A DNA stretch of 64,000 bases from Octopus vulgaris (taxonomy: Eukaryota), in the NCBI GenBank assembly GCA_951406725.2, contig OX597830.1, positions 49,724,001 through 49,788,000 on the forward strand, given 5' to 3'. Positions 1 through 12,686 of this stretch are shown here, one piece after another (the stretch's first letter is position 1; every line of letters begins with the position of its first letter). Position numbers and translations under genes: made by a program. The notes beneath the pieces are model-generated. The model ran no database searches. It had not been told where the DNA came from and saw nothing but the letters and a program-made list of their open reading frames with translations.

Positions 1-329
1 ATAGTAAAAGACACGTGCCCAAGGTGCCACTCAGTGGGACTGAACCTGGAAACATGTGGCTGGGAAGGAAAGTCTTTTAACATAAAGTTCCAGTCAGGGA
101 CGATGTAGTCAATTAACCTCCTTCCTCTGAAAGTTACCGGTCTTGTACCTAAATCAGGAACGATTATCTTCACTGAATCCTTAGTTCCGCCTTTTTAGGT
201 TCTGAGTTCAAACCCCGCCGACGTTAAATCCGACTTTCGTCTATTTTTGATCAAATAAAGTACCAGTTAAATATCGAAGCCCACTTAATCGATTAACACC
301 TTATTGAGAAAATGGTGGCCTCATACTTA

Positions 330-960
330 AGCTAACAACAATATTTTTATTTGGACTGGTGGATATGAGTTTGTGGCTTGGAACGTTAGATGTCTTGTAC
401 ATTACTTTTTACACCAAGCAAACAGGTTCGTTGCAGAGTGAAGAAATTCTCCTCTATATCCATCATCTTCAACTGCCATTTCAACTTCTTGCAACTACCC
501 TGCAATTTGGAAAATAACAATTCTGTGATAATTCCAAATTGCTTCATCCTACACATTTAGGTTCAATTTCTCTGTAGCTTTCTTCAAAATTCCATTCTGT
601 AGTAATTGGAAAGATAACATATTACAATACCAACATTCAGCTAACATGTCGTCTGCTTTCAAAAGCATTTCGTCAATATCTACAACATAATTCGTAACAC
701 TCTGTACCTTTACTCCCTCGTTTGTCTACCTCGTTCTTGTCGAAAGGAAATCTGTCAACATCTGCTTATAAGTGTAAGACTCGCCCGATTTTCGTCAATT
801 TCCTTGTTATTCTAACTACCATCTCAAGACTTCCCTTTGTCCGTTAGATTATTTCCGTACGTTACTTAACGATAAAGACATTCTTCAATTATTTATACCA
901 TTCAGTTGGATGTTAAAATTCTCTTTACCCTTCAGAAGTATTCTCTCTTAATGTTGGCTT
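330..960 (-). mobile_element. Highly decayed 3' part of an RLE-type (R4/Dong-like) LINE
   Basis: Minus-strand translation near 400-470 gives LQRTCLLG, resembling the LQKVCLSGTARI C-terminus of the copy at ~25940; the rest is degenerate and boundaries are approximate. Confidence 0.35.
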
Positions 961-1099
961 TCATTAGCCCACCCTTTATATCATCAGCTTCCAGAACTTT
1001 CAGATATATCTTCATCATCATCCTCATCATCATTGTCATTTTCATCGTCATCGTCGTCGTCGTTATCACCATCAGCATCACCATCATCAACCACAAACA

Positions 1100-1262
1100 C
1101 GTTCTGAGATCAAATTCAGCCGGGGTCGACTTTGTCTTTCATCCTTTCGAGGTTAATAAATTACGTACCAGTAAAACACTGGGGTCGATTTAATCCACTA
1201 GCCCCACCCCACTGCCCCAAAATTTCAGGCTTTGTGTCTAGAGTAGAAAAGATTATTATTAT
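1100..1262 (+). mobile_element. SINE family B (5'-truncated), Nin/Deu-like core
   Basis: gttctgagatcaaattc...gtcgactttgtctttcatcctttcgaggt...taccag core shared with copies at 4435, 16677 and 39155; (att)n tail. Confidence 0.75.
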
Positions 1263-2478
1263 CGGTGTCGGGCGTCTCCGAATTGGAGACAGTCGGTACC
1301 ATCCTAAAGGCATATGAGTCGGCTGCAGGGGCTAAAATCAGCGCCGCCAAATTGGTGGGTTTGTGGTTGGGCTTCTAGAGAGGCAGGACGATGCCATCGG
1401 ACGGCGTCGTCGGATGCAGGACCGACGGACCAGTTAAAGTGCTCGGGATCTGGTTTGCTCCCGACCTCCAGGTTGATGAGAACTGGGACGAAGGGGCGAA
1501 CAGAGTGGTCAGGCCTACCTAGAAACAGGCTGAAATAAAGCTATCCCTGAAAGGTCGAACAAAGGTGACGAATCCTTACATCACCTCCCTTATCATTTAT
1601 CGCCGGACCGTCGTGCCTTGTCCCTGTTACTGCTTGACCTGCTTGGATCGTCTCTTATCTAAATTCCTGTGGAAGGGATACGTTTCAATGGTCAGGCGTT
1701 TCAATGGTCAGGGTGTTGCCAGCATCATCTGAATGGCGTACTTGGTATGCCGTGACTCCTAATGGGCAGACACGCTCTTAGGTTACGCCACCTGCAACGA
1801 TTACTGGACGGTGAGCGTGTGTGGGCTCCGTTTGTGAGGCTCGTCTTTCTGCAGCTCGTCTCCTTGACAGAGCTGCAGTCCTGGGTGAAGAAAAGACACC
1901 TAGAATGTCGTCAGGTTCTCATAACCGTCTACCAGTGAGGCAATAGGATCGGTGGATGTTCCGCTTTGGAAAGTTATAGAGGATTAGTGGCGGAGAAGTG
2001 CGACGACGTTCTCTGGGAGATTCTGGACGCCGACGAGAATGAGCTGGCTAGTCTATTCCGGAGGACTTTCCAGTCGAGAACTATCACGGATAATTTGCAG
2101 ATGTTCTTGGTCTGGCAGTGCTACGGGGCAGGGGGCACTACCTGTTCGAAATAAACTCTACAGTCACAGATGTGCTGTCAGACCGACTTGTCCGAGGTGC
2201 ATGCAGAGTGACGAAACCATTCTGCACGCCCTCGTTCAGTGTCCCGGCGTTGCTGACTTGTGAGGTTATGTTGAACAGCCGCTGTCACATGTAGGACGGA
2301 TCCGTCTGTCGGCCAAGTCTGTAATGATGATCGCACAATCTTCAATCTTTCCATCGGGCAGGGAAGGCAATTTTCTTTTGCCTGGTGTCTGTGGCGAAAG
2401 AGGTTTTTTTTGGTTGACAAGGCTGATAGGAATGAGGACAGATAATTTCCTCTGTGATAGAGCTCTGTGCTGTTCATA
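1263..2478 (+). mobile_element. Decayed L1/Tx1-like LINE ORF2 fragment (post-RT region plus zf-RVT)
   Basis: Frameshifted peptides PVKVLGIWF, KLSLKGR, KFLWKG and the CCHC-type zinc finger TCPRCMQSDETILHALVQCP (ORF 2039-2263); GC-rich relative to flanks. Confidence 0.8.
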
Positions 2479-2939
2479 AAACTGAACCAGGTGTAACCAG
2501 AAATATGAAATGTAAACTGAGTTTAACTCAGTTCAATGTAAGTTTCTCTTTGCCATGTTTCACACGTTCGTTTTATGTCAAACTGAGTAAAAATTATGAA
2601 TGAATATAGTCATTTATTAAATGTGTTTTTATGTGTCAAGCAGAAAAGACGAGGAAACATTCAAGAATTATTTGCAATTAAATTTCCTATATTTGAATTT
2701 ATTTTGAAAAACCTTGCCTTTCACAGTATAGAAATATTTCTCATGACCCCAGAAGACAAATAGGAAAAGGAGTTGCTTCGGAGGATGGCAAGGGAGATGT
2801 GTTGTTTGTATGTCATAAACTCAATATGATAAAGTGTTTCGTGTGATATAACTGTCGATACAGCACTAACATATGTTCCGACAGCAGAACAACAATGAAA
2901 TACACAACATTTTTGTTCTGATAGCATAAGTGTGATGAA

Positions 2940-3420
2940 AGATAAGTATTTTCTATGATGTCATAACAACAACGATTTGTGAATATTGTCTTCAATGTAA
3001 GATACTAAGTGATGTACAGATATTTGCTTTGATTCCAAAGCAATGATCAGAGAAATATATTTGTTCAGTTTCCATGAAAATGACTCGATATGCAATAGAT
3101 AATTTACGATAGCATTGCACCAATGAGAGATACATATTAGTTCCGACGTCATTATACCAATGAGGCATAAATAATAGTTATGATGTCATAATAATAATCA
3201 GACGTAAATATTCGCTGATAATGATAATAAAACATGCTAAGTAGTTCTTATGCCATAGACAATAAGACATACCTTAGTTCTGATATCATAATAACAATAC
3301 TTAGTTCTAATATCATAATAACAATACCTTACTTCTGATATCATAATAACAATGAAGCATTAATATTAGTTATGATGTCATAAAGACAATAAGACGTACA
3401 TTCGTTATGATGTCAGAATA
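2940..3420. repeat. Degenerate minisatellite, ~27-36 bp unit (ttagttctgatatcataataacaatac-like)
   Basis: Near-identical tandem units at ~3273-3355, flanked by divergent units containing atgatgtcata. Confidence 0.7.
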
Positions 3421-3714
3421 AAACCCAGACATATTTTGTTTTGTCTTTCAATTTTAACTGAAACACAGTCGAGGAAAAAGGAAAATTTATATTTAAATAT
3501 TTCAGTGTAGACAAATAAATATTAATTTATTGAAATTTTATGGCCGTCAAAACAAGATACTGAAGATTGTATGTAGATATGTGTGTTCATGTGTGTATAT
3601 GTGTGACGTATCTTTCTGCATACGTCTGTTCATATGTATACGTGTGTCTGTGTCTATGTGCATTTATATATTTTTTGTGTGTATTTATGAATTTTGTGTG
3701 TATGTGTGTGTTTG

Positions 3715-3797
<83 letters not shown>

Positions 3798-4434
3798 ATG
3801 TGTGTGTGTATGTGTGTGTGATTGTATTGCAAACATGTGTTTGTGTTTGTGTTTGTATACATACATGCGTGTTCATATGTGTGTGTCGTATGTGTTGTGT
3901 GTGAAATGTATGTAAATATTTTCCAGACGTTTTTATATTTTTTTAGTAGAAAGATTAACAAAAAGACAACATTGATTAGAAAAATGATTTAAAACCATTT
4001 AATTGTGATTTTCATCTATTAAACATTTGATCTTTTAGAAATTTATATATTTAACTTGTTGCTATCGCCACACGTGATCTATATTTCAGGCTATTGGCGT
4101 TGTTGTTTAACCCCAGGCCAACTCTGAACATGTAGGTCTATGATCAAAAATGTAATGACTATTGATTTGAGCATCTAATAAAGACGTGTTTTTTCCTAAA
4201 ATGGCGTGTCAAATTTGGAGAATTCTTGATTCTTCAGATTATGTCCCTTTATCATATGGAGCTGTAGACAGCCGCCATTTGGTAATTGTGATACATCTAA
4301 AGCGAGCTTGCGGCAACTTTAATAAATGAATGGTTTATGTGGTTTTATGTTTGTTATACTGGTATTTGCCTATTGTTGAGGCTGGTTTACTCGCAATGGT
4401 ACTGCTATTCTTTTTATCGCCTTTACCCTTTTAA

Positions 4435-4649
4435 GGCGGCGAGCTGGCAGAGTCGTTAGCACGCCGGGCGAAACGCTTAGCGGTATTTCGCCTGCCGTTA
4501 CGTTCTGAGTTCAAATTTCGCCGAGGTCCTTTTGGGGTCGATAAATAAAGTACCAGTTACGCACTGGGATCGATGTAATCGACTTAATCCGTTTGTCTGT
4601 CCTTGTTTGTCCTCTCTGTGTTTAGCCCCTTGTGGGTAGTTAAGAAATA
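4435..4649 (+). mobile_element. SINE family B, full length, 16-bp target site duplication
   Basis: Starts ggcggcgagctggcaga, B-box-like gagttcaaat; TSD ggtactgctattcttt at 4398-4413 and 4650-4665. Confidence 0.9.
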
Positions 4650-5539
4650 GGTACTGCTATTCTTTGAATGGTTTCTAGAAATTGTTGCTGCAGTCGTTAT
4701 TACCACGGGTAATGCTACCATTAATAATATAGCTGTTGTAATGTCAGCAGCAGCACTGACCCATGCTATCTTAGCTTCTCTTTATGAACAAAAGGTTGGC
4801 AGAGGTTAGGCATTACCACATATGTGGGAACTGGGCATTTTATTCCACACTAAAAAAGACACTTAAATGCCGTTTAGTAGGACAATCACGTCTGGGATCT
4901 TGTTCAGATTTTCTGGTTTCACATGGATCAGCAAGTTCCGAGGTTTTTATCGCCTTTACCCTTTTACACGCAAGACCTCGCTATTTCTCTTTCAATACAT
5001 AGCACCAAACACCAGAGGTCCAATTCTGGTGAAACATCCACTCTGCGATCTGTGCACATCCACATGAAACTAAATTTATTACCCTTACATGGGGTATTGG
5101 GGTGCACCGGCACTATCCCGTATCAGCTGTTCCGTACATTTTTTTCCCTAAATCCTGTGAGGCGCAGATAAATTACAGACATCAATTGAAGGAGCGGGGA
5201 CAGATCTTTTATAATACATATTAGCTCATTAAAATTTATGTCTATTATCATTACACAATAATTACTTGAAATAAATATTTAAAACAGAAGTGTAATTAAT
5301 TAAGGGCATAATTAAAATTAAACTGAACAACCTTCAAGATATACAGGTGGGAAACCACTATCCGGCTCAGATCAGGACTGCCAACAACTTTGACCATATC
5401 TTTCCTCGAAATGAATTTCACGAAGTTGCTTATCTCCCAAAATGTCAGTGAATAATTGTGCTGTTCTATAATTAAGAAATGAGGAATTATGTACATTATT
5501 TACATTCGACGGATATTTGTCCTCATCTTGTTTGTTGTT

Positions 5540-5585
5540 AACACAACGTTTCGGCTGATATACCCTCCAGCCTTCTTCAGGTGTC
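5540..5585 (-). ncRNA. Minimal type I hammerhead ribozyme motif in a Penelope-like terminal fragment (~5475-5640)
   Basis: Minus strand reads gACAC CUGAAGA a GGCUG-gaggguauau-CAGCC GAA ACGU U GUGUu: stem I, core, 5-bp stem II, palindromic stem III, GUU triplet. Confidence 0.75.
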
Positions 5586-5644
5586 TTGGGAAAATTTCGA
5601 ACCTGGGTTCTCATTCCTATGGTATTTTTCGATGTTATAATTAT

Positions 5645-6581
5645 TATCATTCAGTAGTATATTTTTTTATATCGTGCTTTCACTTCACTACCGAGCGCAG
5701 CTCTGTGTGCCTTGGGTATGTGCTGTGATTTGTTGTGATGCTCTGGTGATTATTGTATGGAAAGTGTTCTGTGTAGGATGTGTGCAGTGCCTAGTAGTGC
5801 AATTTTCTGTATGTTATATGTTTGTAAGTCCAGGTGTTTTTGTTATGTATTTGTCTGAATATTTTTTTATCATGCCTAATGCACCTATTATGATAGGAAT
5901 TGTTTCTGCTTTTAGATTCCACATTCTGGTTACCTCTATTTCCAGGTCTTTGTATTTTGAAAGTTTCTCCATTTCTTTTAGAGACACGTTGTCATCCGCT
6001 GGTATTGATACATCAATTAAAAAACACTTTTTTTTTTCATGATCTCTGACAACTAAATCTGGTCTGTTGGCCTTAATTTCTCTATCTGTGTGTATTGGCA
6101 TATCCCAGACTATGGTTGCTTTCTCGTTTTCTGTGACTTTTTCTGGTGTGTGCCTATACCATATTTTTTCTGTTGTTATTCCATAATGTTGGCATAGTTT
6201 CCAGTGTATATAGGTCCCAACTCTGTCGTGTCTGTGAATATATTACTTCTTATCCAGGACCGGGCAGCCAGAGATAATATGATTTATTGTTTCTTGTCCA
6301 TCTCCACATATTCTGCAGTTACTTGTTATATTTCTTTTCATTACCTGTTTTTGGTAATTTCTGGTGGGGAGGCTTTGGTCTTGTGCTGCAATTAAAAGAT
6401 CCTTCTGTCTCTGCTTTGAGTCCTGAGCTTCTCAACCATTGTTGGGATTTTTCTTTGTCTATTTCTTTTGCATTTAGTTTAGTACAGTATTTGCCATGAA
6501 GGGGCTTTTCTTGCCATCGTTTTATCATGGTTCGTTGCTGTTCTATTTTTAGTTTGGATTTCATTTGTTTTATAGCTTTTG

Positions 6582-6582
<1 letters not shown>
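5645..6582 (-). mobile_element. 5'-truncated R4/Dong-like LINE (zinc knuckle plus restriction-like endonuclease), frameshifted
   Basis: WQEKPLHGKY, WLRSSGLKAETEG, RHDRVG, NRPDLVV...LIDVSIP...EKLSKYKDL...IPIIIGALG (PD-D/ExK-type RLE); abuts the (TAA)n tract. Confidence 0.9.
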
Positions 6583-6583
<1 letters not shown>

Positions 6584-6628
<45 letters not shown>

Positions 6629-6657
6629 CATCATCATCATTATTATCATCATTATTA

Positions 6658-6731
<74 letters not shown>

Positions 6732-6738
6732 AATATAA
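6584..6738. repeat. (TTA)n/(TCA)n microsatellite
   Basis: Direct reading. Confidence 0.95.
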
Positions 6739-7240
6739 TAAAAAGCTTGGCAGGCTTTTTATTATAAAACGCATGGCAGGCTACGGTTATTTTCAAATCT
6801 CCCTCCAAAAAGTAATTCACTATTATTGACCAGTCAGACGCCCTAACTGGTTATCAATCTTTAAGACTCCAGTTCCTATTTCAAGAAGAAGGCTGGAAGT
6901 TAACTTGGTGCCAAGATGCATGAAATTACATGAATGTAGCCAAGTTACGGTTGTGACAAACACTGTCGTACGGAGGATTGAGAGCTGGGAGGTTGTGACT
7001 ATCGAAGTGCAGAACTGGATTACATTTCTGAACTTGTCTAGTACACTTAGTTAAAAAAAAAGTATGTCTTCGTTACGTCATGGTACCATGCTGTTATTCA
7101 TTTAGCCCAAAGTTCCAAACGCCGTCTGTCGTAAACGGCTCATGTAAAAGAACAAAATTACTTTTCCGTAAAATTTCCAAACATAAAATTATAAATGGTT
7201 ATTTTGATTTGATAAAATTTATTTGTGTATGTGTGTGTCT

Positions 7241-7278
<38 letters not shown>

Positions 7279-7754
7279 GAGAGAGAGAGAAAGAGTGAGC
7301 AAGTGAGTGAGTGAGTGTTTGAGAGTAAATAAGTGAGAAATAGAGAGAAAGAAATAGATAGATAGAGAGAGAGACAGACAGACAGACAGAGATCTATTCT
7401 ATTCTTTTATTTTGTGGGACAGAAATTATAGCGAGAACCGTTCACAACAGTAGTACTGCCTTAGAAAGACCATTACTGTTTTCCTTCGACAGTGCAGGTA
7501 TCTTCCTACAAAACAGAATGCGTCAAACAAATATATTTTAAGGGAGAAAAAAGCATGAAAAAACTAGAGTTCTTGCCCACATATGAATAACCTAATTCAG
7601 GTTCATCATTTTCCCTACATAAGAGTCGTTTCCTTCATGGTTCCAGTTCAAATTTTCTACGCAGATTGTATCGGAAGCAACGTACGTCCCTCGCGATTTC
7701 TTTTAATATATCATAATTGAATTTATTGTTTTTATTAACATTCTGTCGTTATTC

Positions 7755-7953
7755 TTCTATTCTTATATTTGTTTCGGTCATTTGACCGTGGCCATACTGG
7801 AGCACCAGCTTTAGTCGAACAAATCGACCTCCGGACTTTATTCTTTGTAAGCCTAGTACTTATTCTATCGGTCTCTTTTTGCCGAACCGCTAAGTTACGG
7901 GGGACATAAACACACGGTTGTCAAGCTACGGTTGGGGGACAAACACACATACA

Positions 7954-8000
<47 letters not shown>

Positions 8001-8279
8001 ACACACACACACACATGCATACATATATATAGACGACGGTCTTCTTTCAGTTTCCGTCTACCAAATCCACTCACAAGGTTTTGGTCGGCCAATTGTAGAA
8101 GACACTTGCCCAAGGTGCCCCGCAGTACGTCTGAACCCAGGACCATGTGGATGGTAAGCAAGCTACTTACCACATAGCCAATTCTGCACCTCCACACAGC
8201 CATTCCCGCACCTCCACACAGCCCCTCCTGCGCCTCCATACAGCCACTTCTGTGTCTCCACACAGCCACTTCTGCGCCT
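7755..8279 (-). mobile_element. SINE family A (tRNA-like head, internal microsatellite) with 5 tandem copies of its 22-bp 5' end
   Basis: Reverse complement of the 8453-8866 copy; ccacacagccacttctgcgcct-like units at 8170-8279. Confidence 0.9.
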
Positions 8280-8452
8280 TTGGTCAGATTTTCGTAATTT
8301 TGCATCATTTGTTTCCCGTCACCTCCTTCCCTTCTTCTTTTCTACTCCAGTTCTTCTGAGCAAAAGGCTATCATCCATTTCTTGCTCCCACTAGTATAAT
8401 TTTTTCCCCTCTATCATGAAACTACAGCTTGTCCTTTTTTCTGCATCAACAT

Positions 8453-8866
8453 AAGCGCAGGAGTGGCTGTGTGGTAAGTAGCTTGCCTACCAACCACATG
8501 GTTCTGGGTTCAGTCCCACTGCGTGGCATCTTGGGCAAGTGTCTTCTGCTATAGCCTCGGGCCAACCAATGCCTTGTGAGTGGATTTGGTAGACGGAAAC
8601 TGAAAGAAGCCTGTTGTATATATGTATATATATGTATGTATGTGTATGTATATGTTTGTGTGTCTGTGTTTGTCCCTCTAGCATTGCTTGACAACCGATG
8701 CTGGTATGTTTACGTCCCCGTCACTTAGCGGTTCGGCAAAAGAGACCGATAGAATAAGTACTGGGCTTACAAAGAATAAGTCCCGGGGTCGATTTGTTCG
8801 ACTAAAGGCGGTGCTCCAGCATGGCCGCAGTCAAATGACTGAAACAAGTAAAAGAGTAAAAGAGTA
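8453..8866 (+). mobile_element. SINE family A, full length
   Basis: gcgcaggagtggctgtgtggtaag head, gggttcagtccc B-box, internal (TA/TG)n, (taaaagag)n tail; many near-identical copies in window. Confidence 0.9.
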
Positions 8867-10154
8867 TAGGATCACAGTTCCAGTACGACACAGGGATTTT
8901 CGAGAGTCATCAGTTTATTCAGATCCGTCCCGTCTTCGTAATTCTTTTCTCAGTCTTGCAGTGACCACCCACGCTTACTGCGATATAACAGTCGTAAACG
9001 AGACAAGGATCAGTAACTGAAATCGTTGATGACCATTGTATTTTCCTTTCCTAAATACTAGGTTTAACCAGTATGGGTGGGTAGGAAACCCTTAATATCT
9101 CAGCTGCTCTTTCGGAATGCTAAGCAACACAGACGGATCCATGTGGTACAAACACCACGCAGATGGACTGATTTTACCAGAGCACACTTAACAAAGCTCT
9201 TTCAGCTCTTCTTCTGGGGAACAGAGACAGGGAAGACTCCATTTTTTTAGGGGACAAACAGACATTTTTTTTTTTGCTCGCTCGATGAGAGGAGTAAATA
9301 CTCTTTTATGAAATATAACTCACACATTTGCCTCCTTTTCTGGAAAAAATTGCGTATCAGGTAGTCTGAGTAGTTTAAAATGTTAGTCAAGGAGCTCCTG
9401 AGATAGAAAATGAAGGAAATATTTTCCTACAACAAGTATTTCTACGTAACTGTTTTCTTGTTGACAATATTTTCATTTAAAAACTCAAATTAATTGCAAA
9501 AAAAATATTAGTGTCTTCCTTTTGTTCATGTTCAACATTAATTTGTTGTTTAGGTATTTTTTTCTTATTTGCTTTCTGTCTGTGAAATGCATTATTTTCT
9601 TCATTTTTTTTAATGTTTTTAGAAAAGGGTGTGTTGTGCAGAATATACATAGTCATTTTTCTCTGTGTGAATAGACACGGAAAGAAAATTTTGTCCAAAA
9701 ACAGAAATCACTTAATATTTTCTTTGTAGAACCCTACTGGTGGGTTTTAATCTTTCATAATCTATCAGTATGCTTGTAGCTTTAGTAAGGCTTCTATTTC
9801 TCCTATTAAAACATAATTTGAAACCAAAGTGTGACAAGGTCAGCAGTGAATGATAATACACAACGATGATTATGATAATAGTAAAAGTAATAACGATAAT
9901 AATAGCAAAGAGGAAAAAAAAAAGAATGATGCAATTCACATCAACATTGCTCACATAATCATAGGCAAGCAAAAGGAGACACACATTGTAATAAAGATAT
10001 TGATCAACTCTGAAAGATGAGATAAAAGTCATCATATTTAATATTGGTTTTAAGTTATCGTCTCCCTGAGAACAGCGGACCATGAGAGAAAAATATGCAG
10101 ACACACATTACGCACACATACGTGAGCGCGCTCATCTACACACAAACCACACAC

Positions 10155-10223
<69 letters not shown>

Positions 10224-10748
10224 TATGTATAAAGGTACACATTCTTATCAATCTCAGAATATGTCTACGTTATTATTTATCCACCACTATCAAAAGCTAT
10301 CTACCAGATAGTCTGTTATCAAATGCTTCTCTCTCTCCTTGTCTCTCGCCCTGTCTCTCTCCCTCTCTCTCCCTCTCTCTCTCTCTCCCTTTCTCTCTGT
10401 ATACACACACCAATGCACACATCGAAAGTCAATCACCATCCATTCTCTACAGTAAGTCATCAATAAGAAATATATTAATTTAATATGTTCATAAAACTTA
10501 CACAAATTCAACATGGCCCCGTCACTTTGTCCTTTCTATATGCAATATTTATAGCTGATTTAACAATGTAGGTTGTCAGCTATCATAATTAGTCTGTCTC
10601 CTACTTAATGACAATCTAATTACACGTAATATCTTAAAATGAACCGCTTTAAACCTATAATATTGTCATTTCTTAACCTACTCACATCTACTGTATCAAA
10701 TACTGTAGTTAGTTCTTGAACAAGGAGAAAATTACCAGCTTCGTCTCA

Positions 10749-10810
<62 letters not shown>

Positions 10811-11218
10811 TATTGTCTGACGTATATTTAGATATTTAACTGTGGACACATTTGAATTAGCTCTACCTCAAGTGATAGAGCGCTCTTACGATATTAACAG
10901 ACATACATACACATACATACACCACACAAATACACACACCACACAAACACACTCATACATACGCACACATTACACCTTTGGCTTATGCATTACGAGACTA
11001 ATAGCCTAATGTAGAACTCAATATACGTATACTCCAGAAGGAAGCGTTAGTCGAGTAGAGAACGGTAACAAGGAATGGAACAAACCCGCAAATTCGGCTG
11101 AAAAAAACCCACACAGTGTGATGGAACCCTAGGCCTCTTTACTGCGAAACGATCTTAATCTTCCGAGCGTGCAGTATACACAGAAACACATAGACATGCA
11201 CGCTCACACACAAACACA

Positions 11219-11259
<41 letters not shown>

Positions 11260-12339
11260 CACAGCACACACATACACAAAGGCATACCCGCATACACTTG
11301 TATAAAAACCAAGCGACTTTCTATAAAATTTATTTTGAAAAGTCCTCATAAAGGGATGAAAGCACTAATAAAGAATTATTTAACATTCTGACAGCCTCCA
11401 TTTTCTTACTGTGCAATATTTGTACATGTCTTTAAACGCATACACACACACACACTCTTTCTCTCTATATATATATACATATATGTATGTGTGTGTGTGT
11501 GTGTGTATGTGTTCGTGTGTGTGTGTGTATGTCTGTGTGTGTGTGTGTGTATGTATGTGTGTGTGTGTATGTATGCACTTGCATGAGAGGGTGTATTTCA
11601 ATTTAATCTGTAGCGATTTGATTCTATTTTCATCTTCAACTGCAATGAAGTCTACATAATCTATTTACTTACATAATTACAAAATGTCTGCTGAAGAAAA
11701 TAACTCAGAACGTTCAGATCAAACAAACGTAGATTATTCAACTAGATGTTGGGTTACTGAATGACGTATGCCATAAATTGTAAGTTATTTATTATTTAGC
11801 TCTCTTCCCACGAAGTGGATCACAATAAAATGTTAACACATTAAAATTAATCGCCGAAAGATGTGAACACGTAAATCTTTATATTAAGTTTTAGTCGTTT
11901 CACATCTTCTCTTGCATTTTGTTTTTTAAACAAACAATACAACAAAACATCTTTGTGTGCAAGACTTCGGTAGTAGATGTGTGTGTATATGTGTGTTGTG
12001 TGTTTATGTACGTGTATCTGTGTGTGTGTATGTATGTGTGCGTACGTATACGTATATCTGTGTACACTGTATGATCAAACGGTTTAGATCAATTCACATT
12101 AGCTCGTTCCAGGGTTCCATTTCCTTGTGTGGATTTTAAACCAAGTGTCACCCCTGCATCATCGGGATGGCCCAAGTCTTTTGAGTGAAACTTCAAGGAA
12201 GCTGTTTGTAGGTGTATTTCAAAGGAACAATCCTGTTTTAGTGTGTCACACCGATTCTACTTGATAATTACAAAAATAATACATGCATCTGTGGAGTACT
12301 CGGCCATCCATATGTCATCTCAACGAATAGGCACTTCAG

Positions 12340-12686
12340 TTTACTCTTTTACTCTTTTACTTGTTTCAGTCATTTGACTGCGTCAATGGACTTATTCTTT
12401 TGTAAGCCTAGTACTTATTCTATCGGTCTCTTTTGCTGAACCGCTAAGTCACGGGGACGTAAACACAACAGCATCGGTTGTCAAGCGATGTTGGGAGGAC
12501 AAACACACACACACAATACTCATATATATATATACATACATATATACGACGGGCTTCTTTCAGTTTCCGTCTACCAAGTCCACTCACAAGGCTTTGGTCG
12601 ACTCGAGGCTATAGTAGAAGACACTTGCCCAAGATGCCACGCAGTGGGACTGAACCCGGAACCATGTGTTTGGTAAGCAAGCTACT
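12340..12686 (-). mobile_element. SINE family A with internal deletion
   Basis: Homology to 8453-8866 on the reverse strand. Confidence 0.85.

Noticed and set aside
2478-2600. Small palindrome aactgagtttaactcagtt as a MITE
   Set aside because: Too short; no defined termini or TSD.
8170-8279. CRISPR-like short repeat array
   Set aside because: Contiguous units with no spacers, derived from the SINE head; eukaryotic context with no cas genes.
9477-10104. 130-aa and 73-aa minus-strand ORFs in non-repetitive-looking DNA
   Set aside because: Low-complexity composition, no recognisable domain, no convincing splice-site pair; could be UTR but unsupported.
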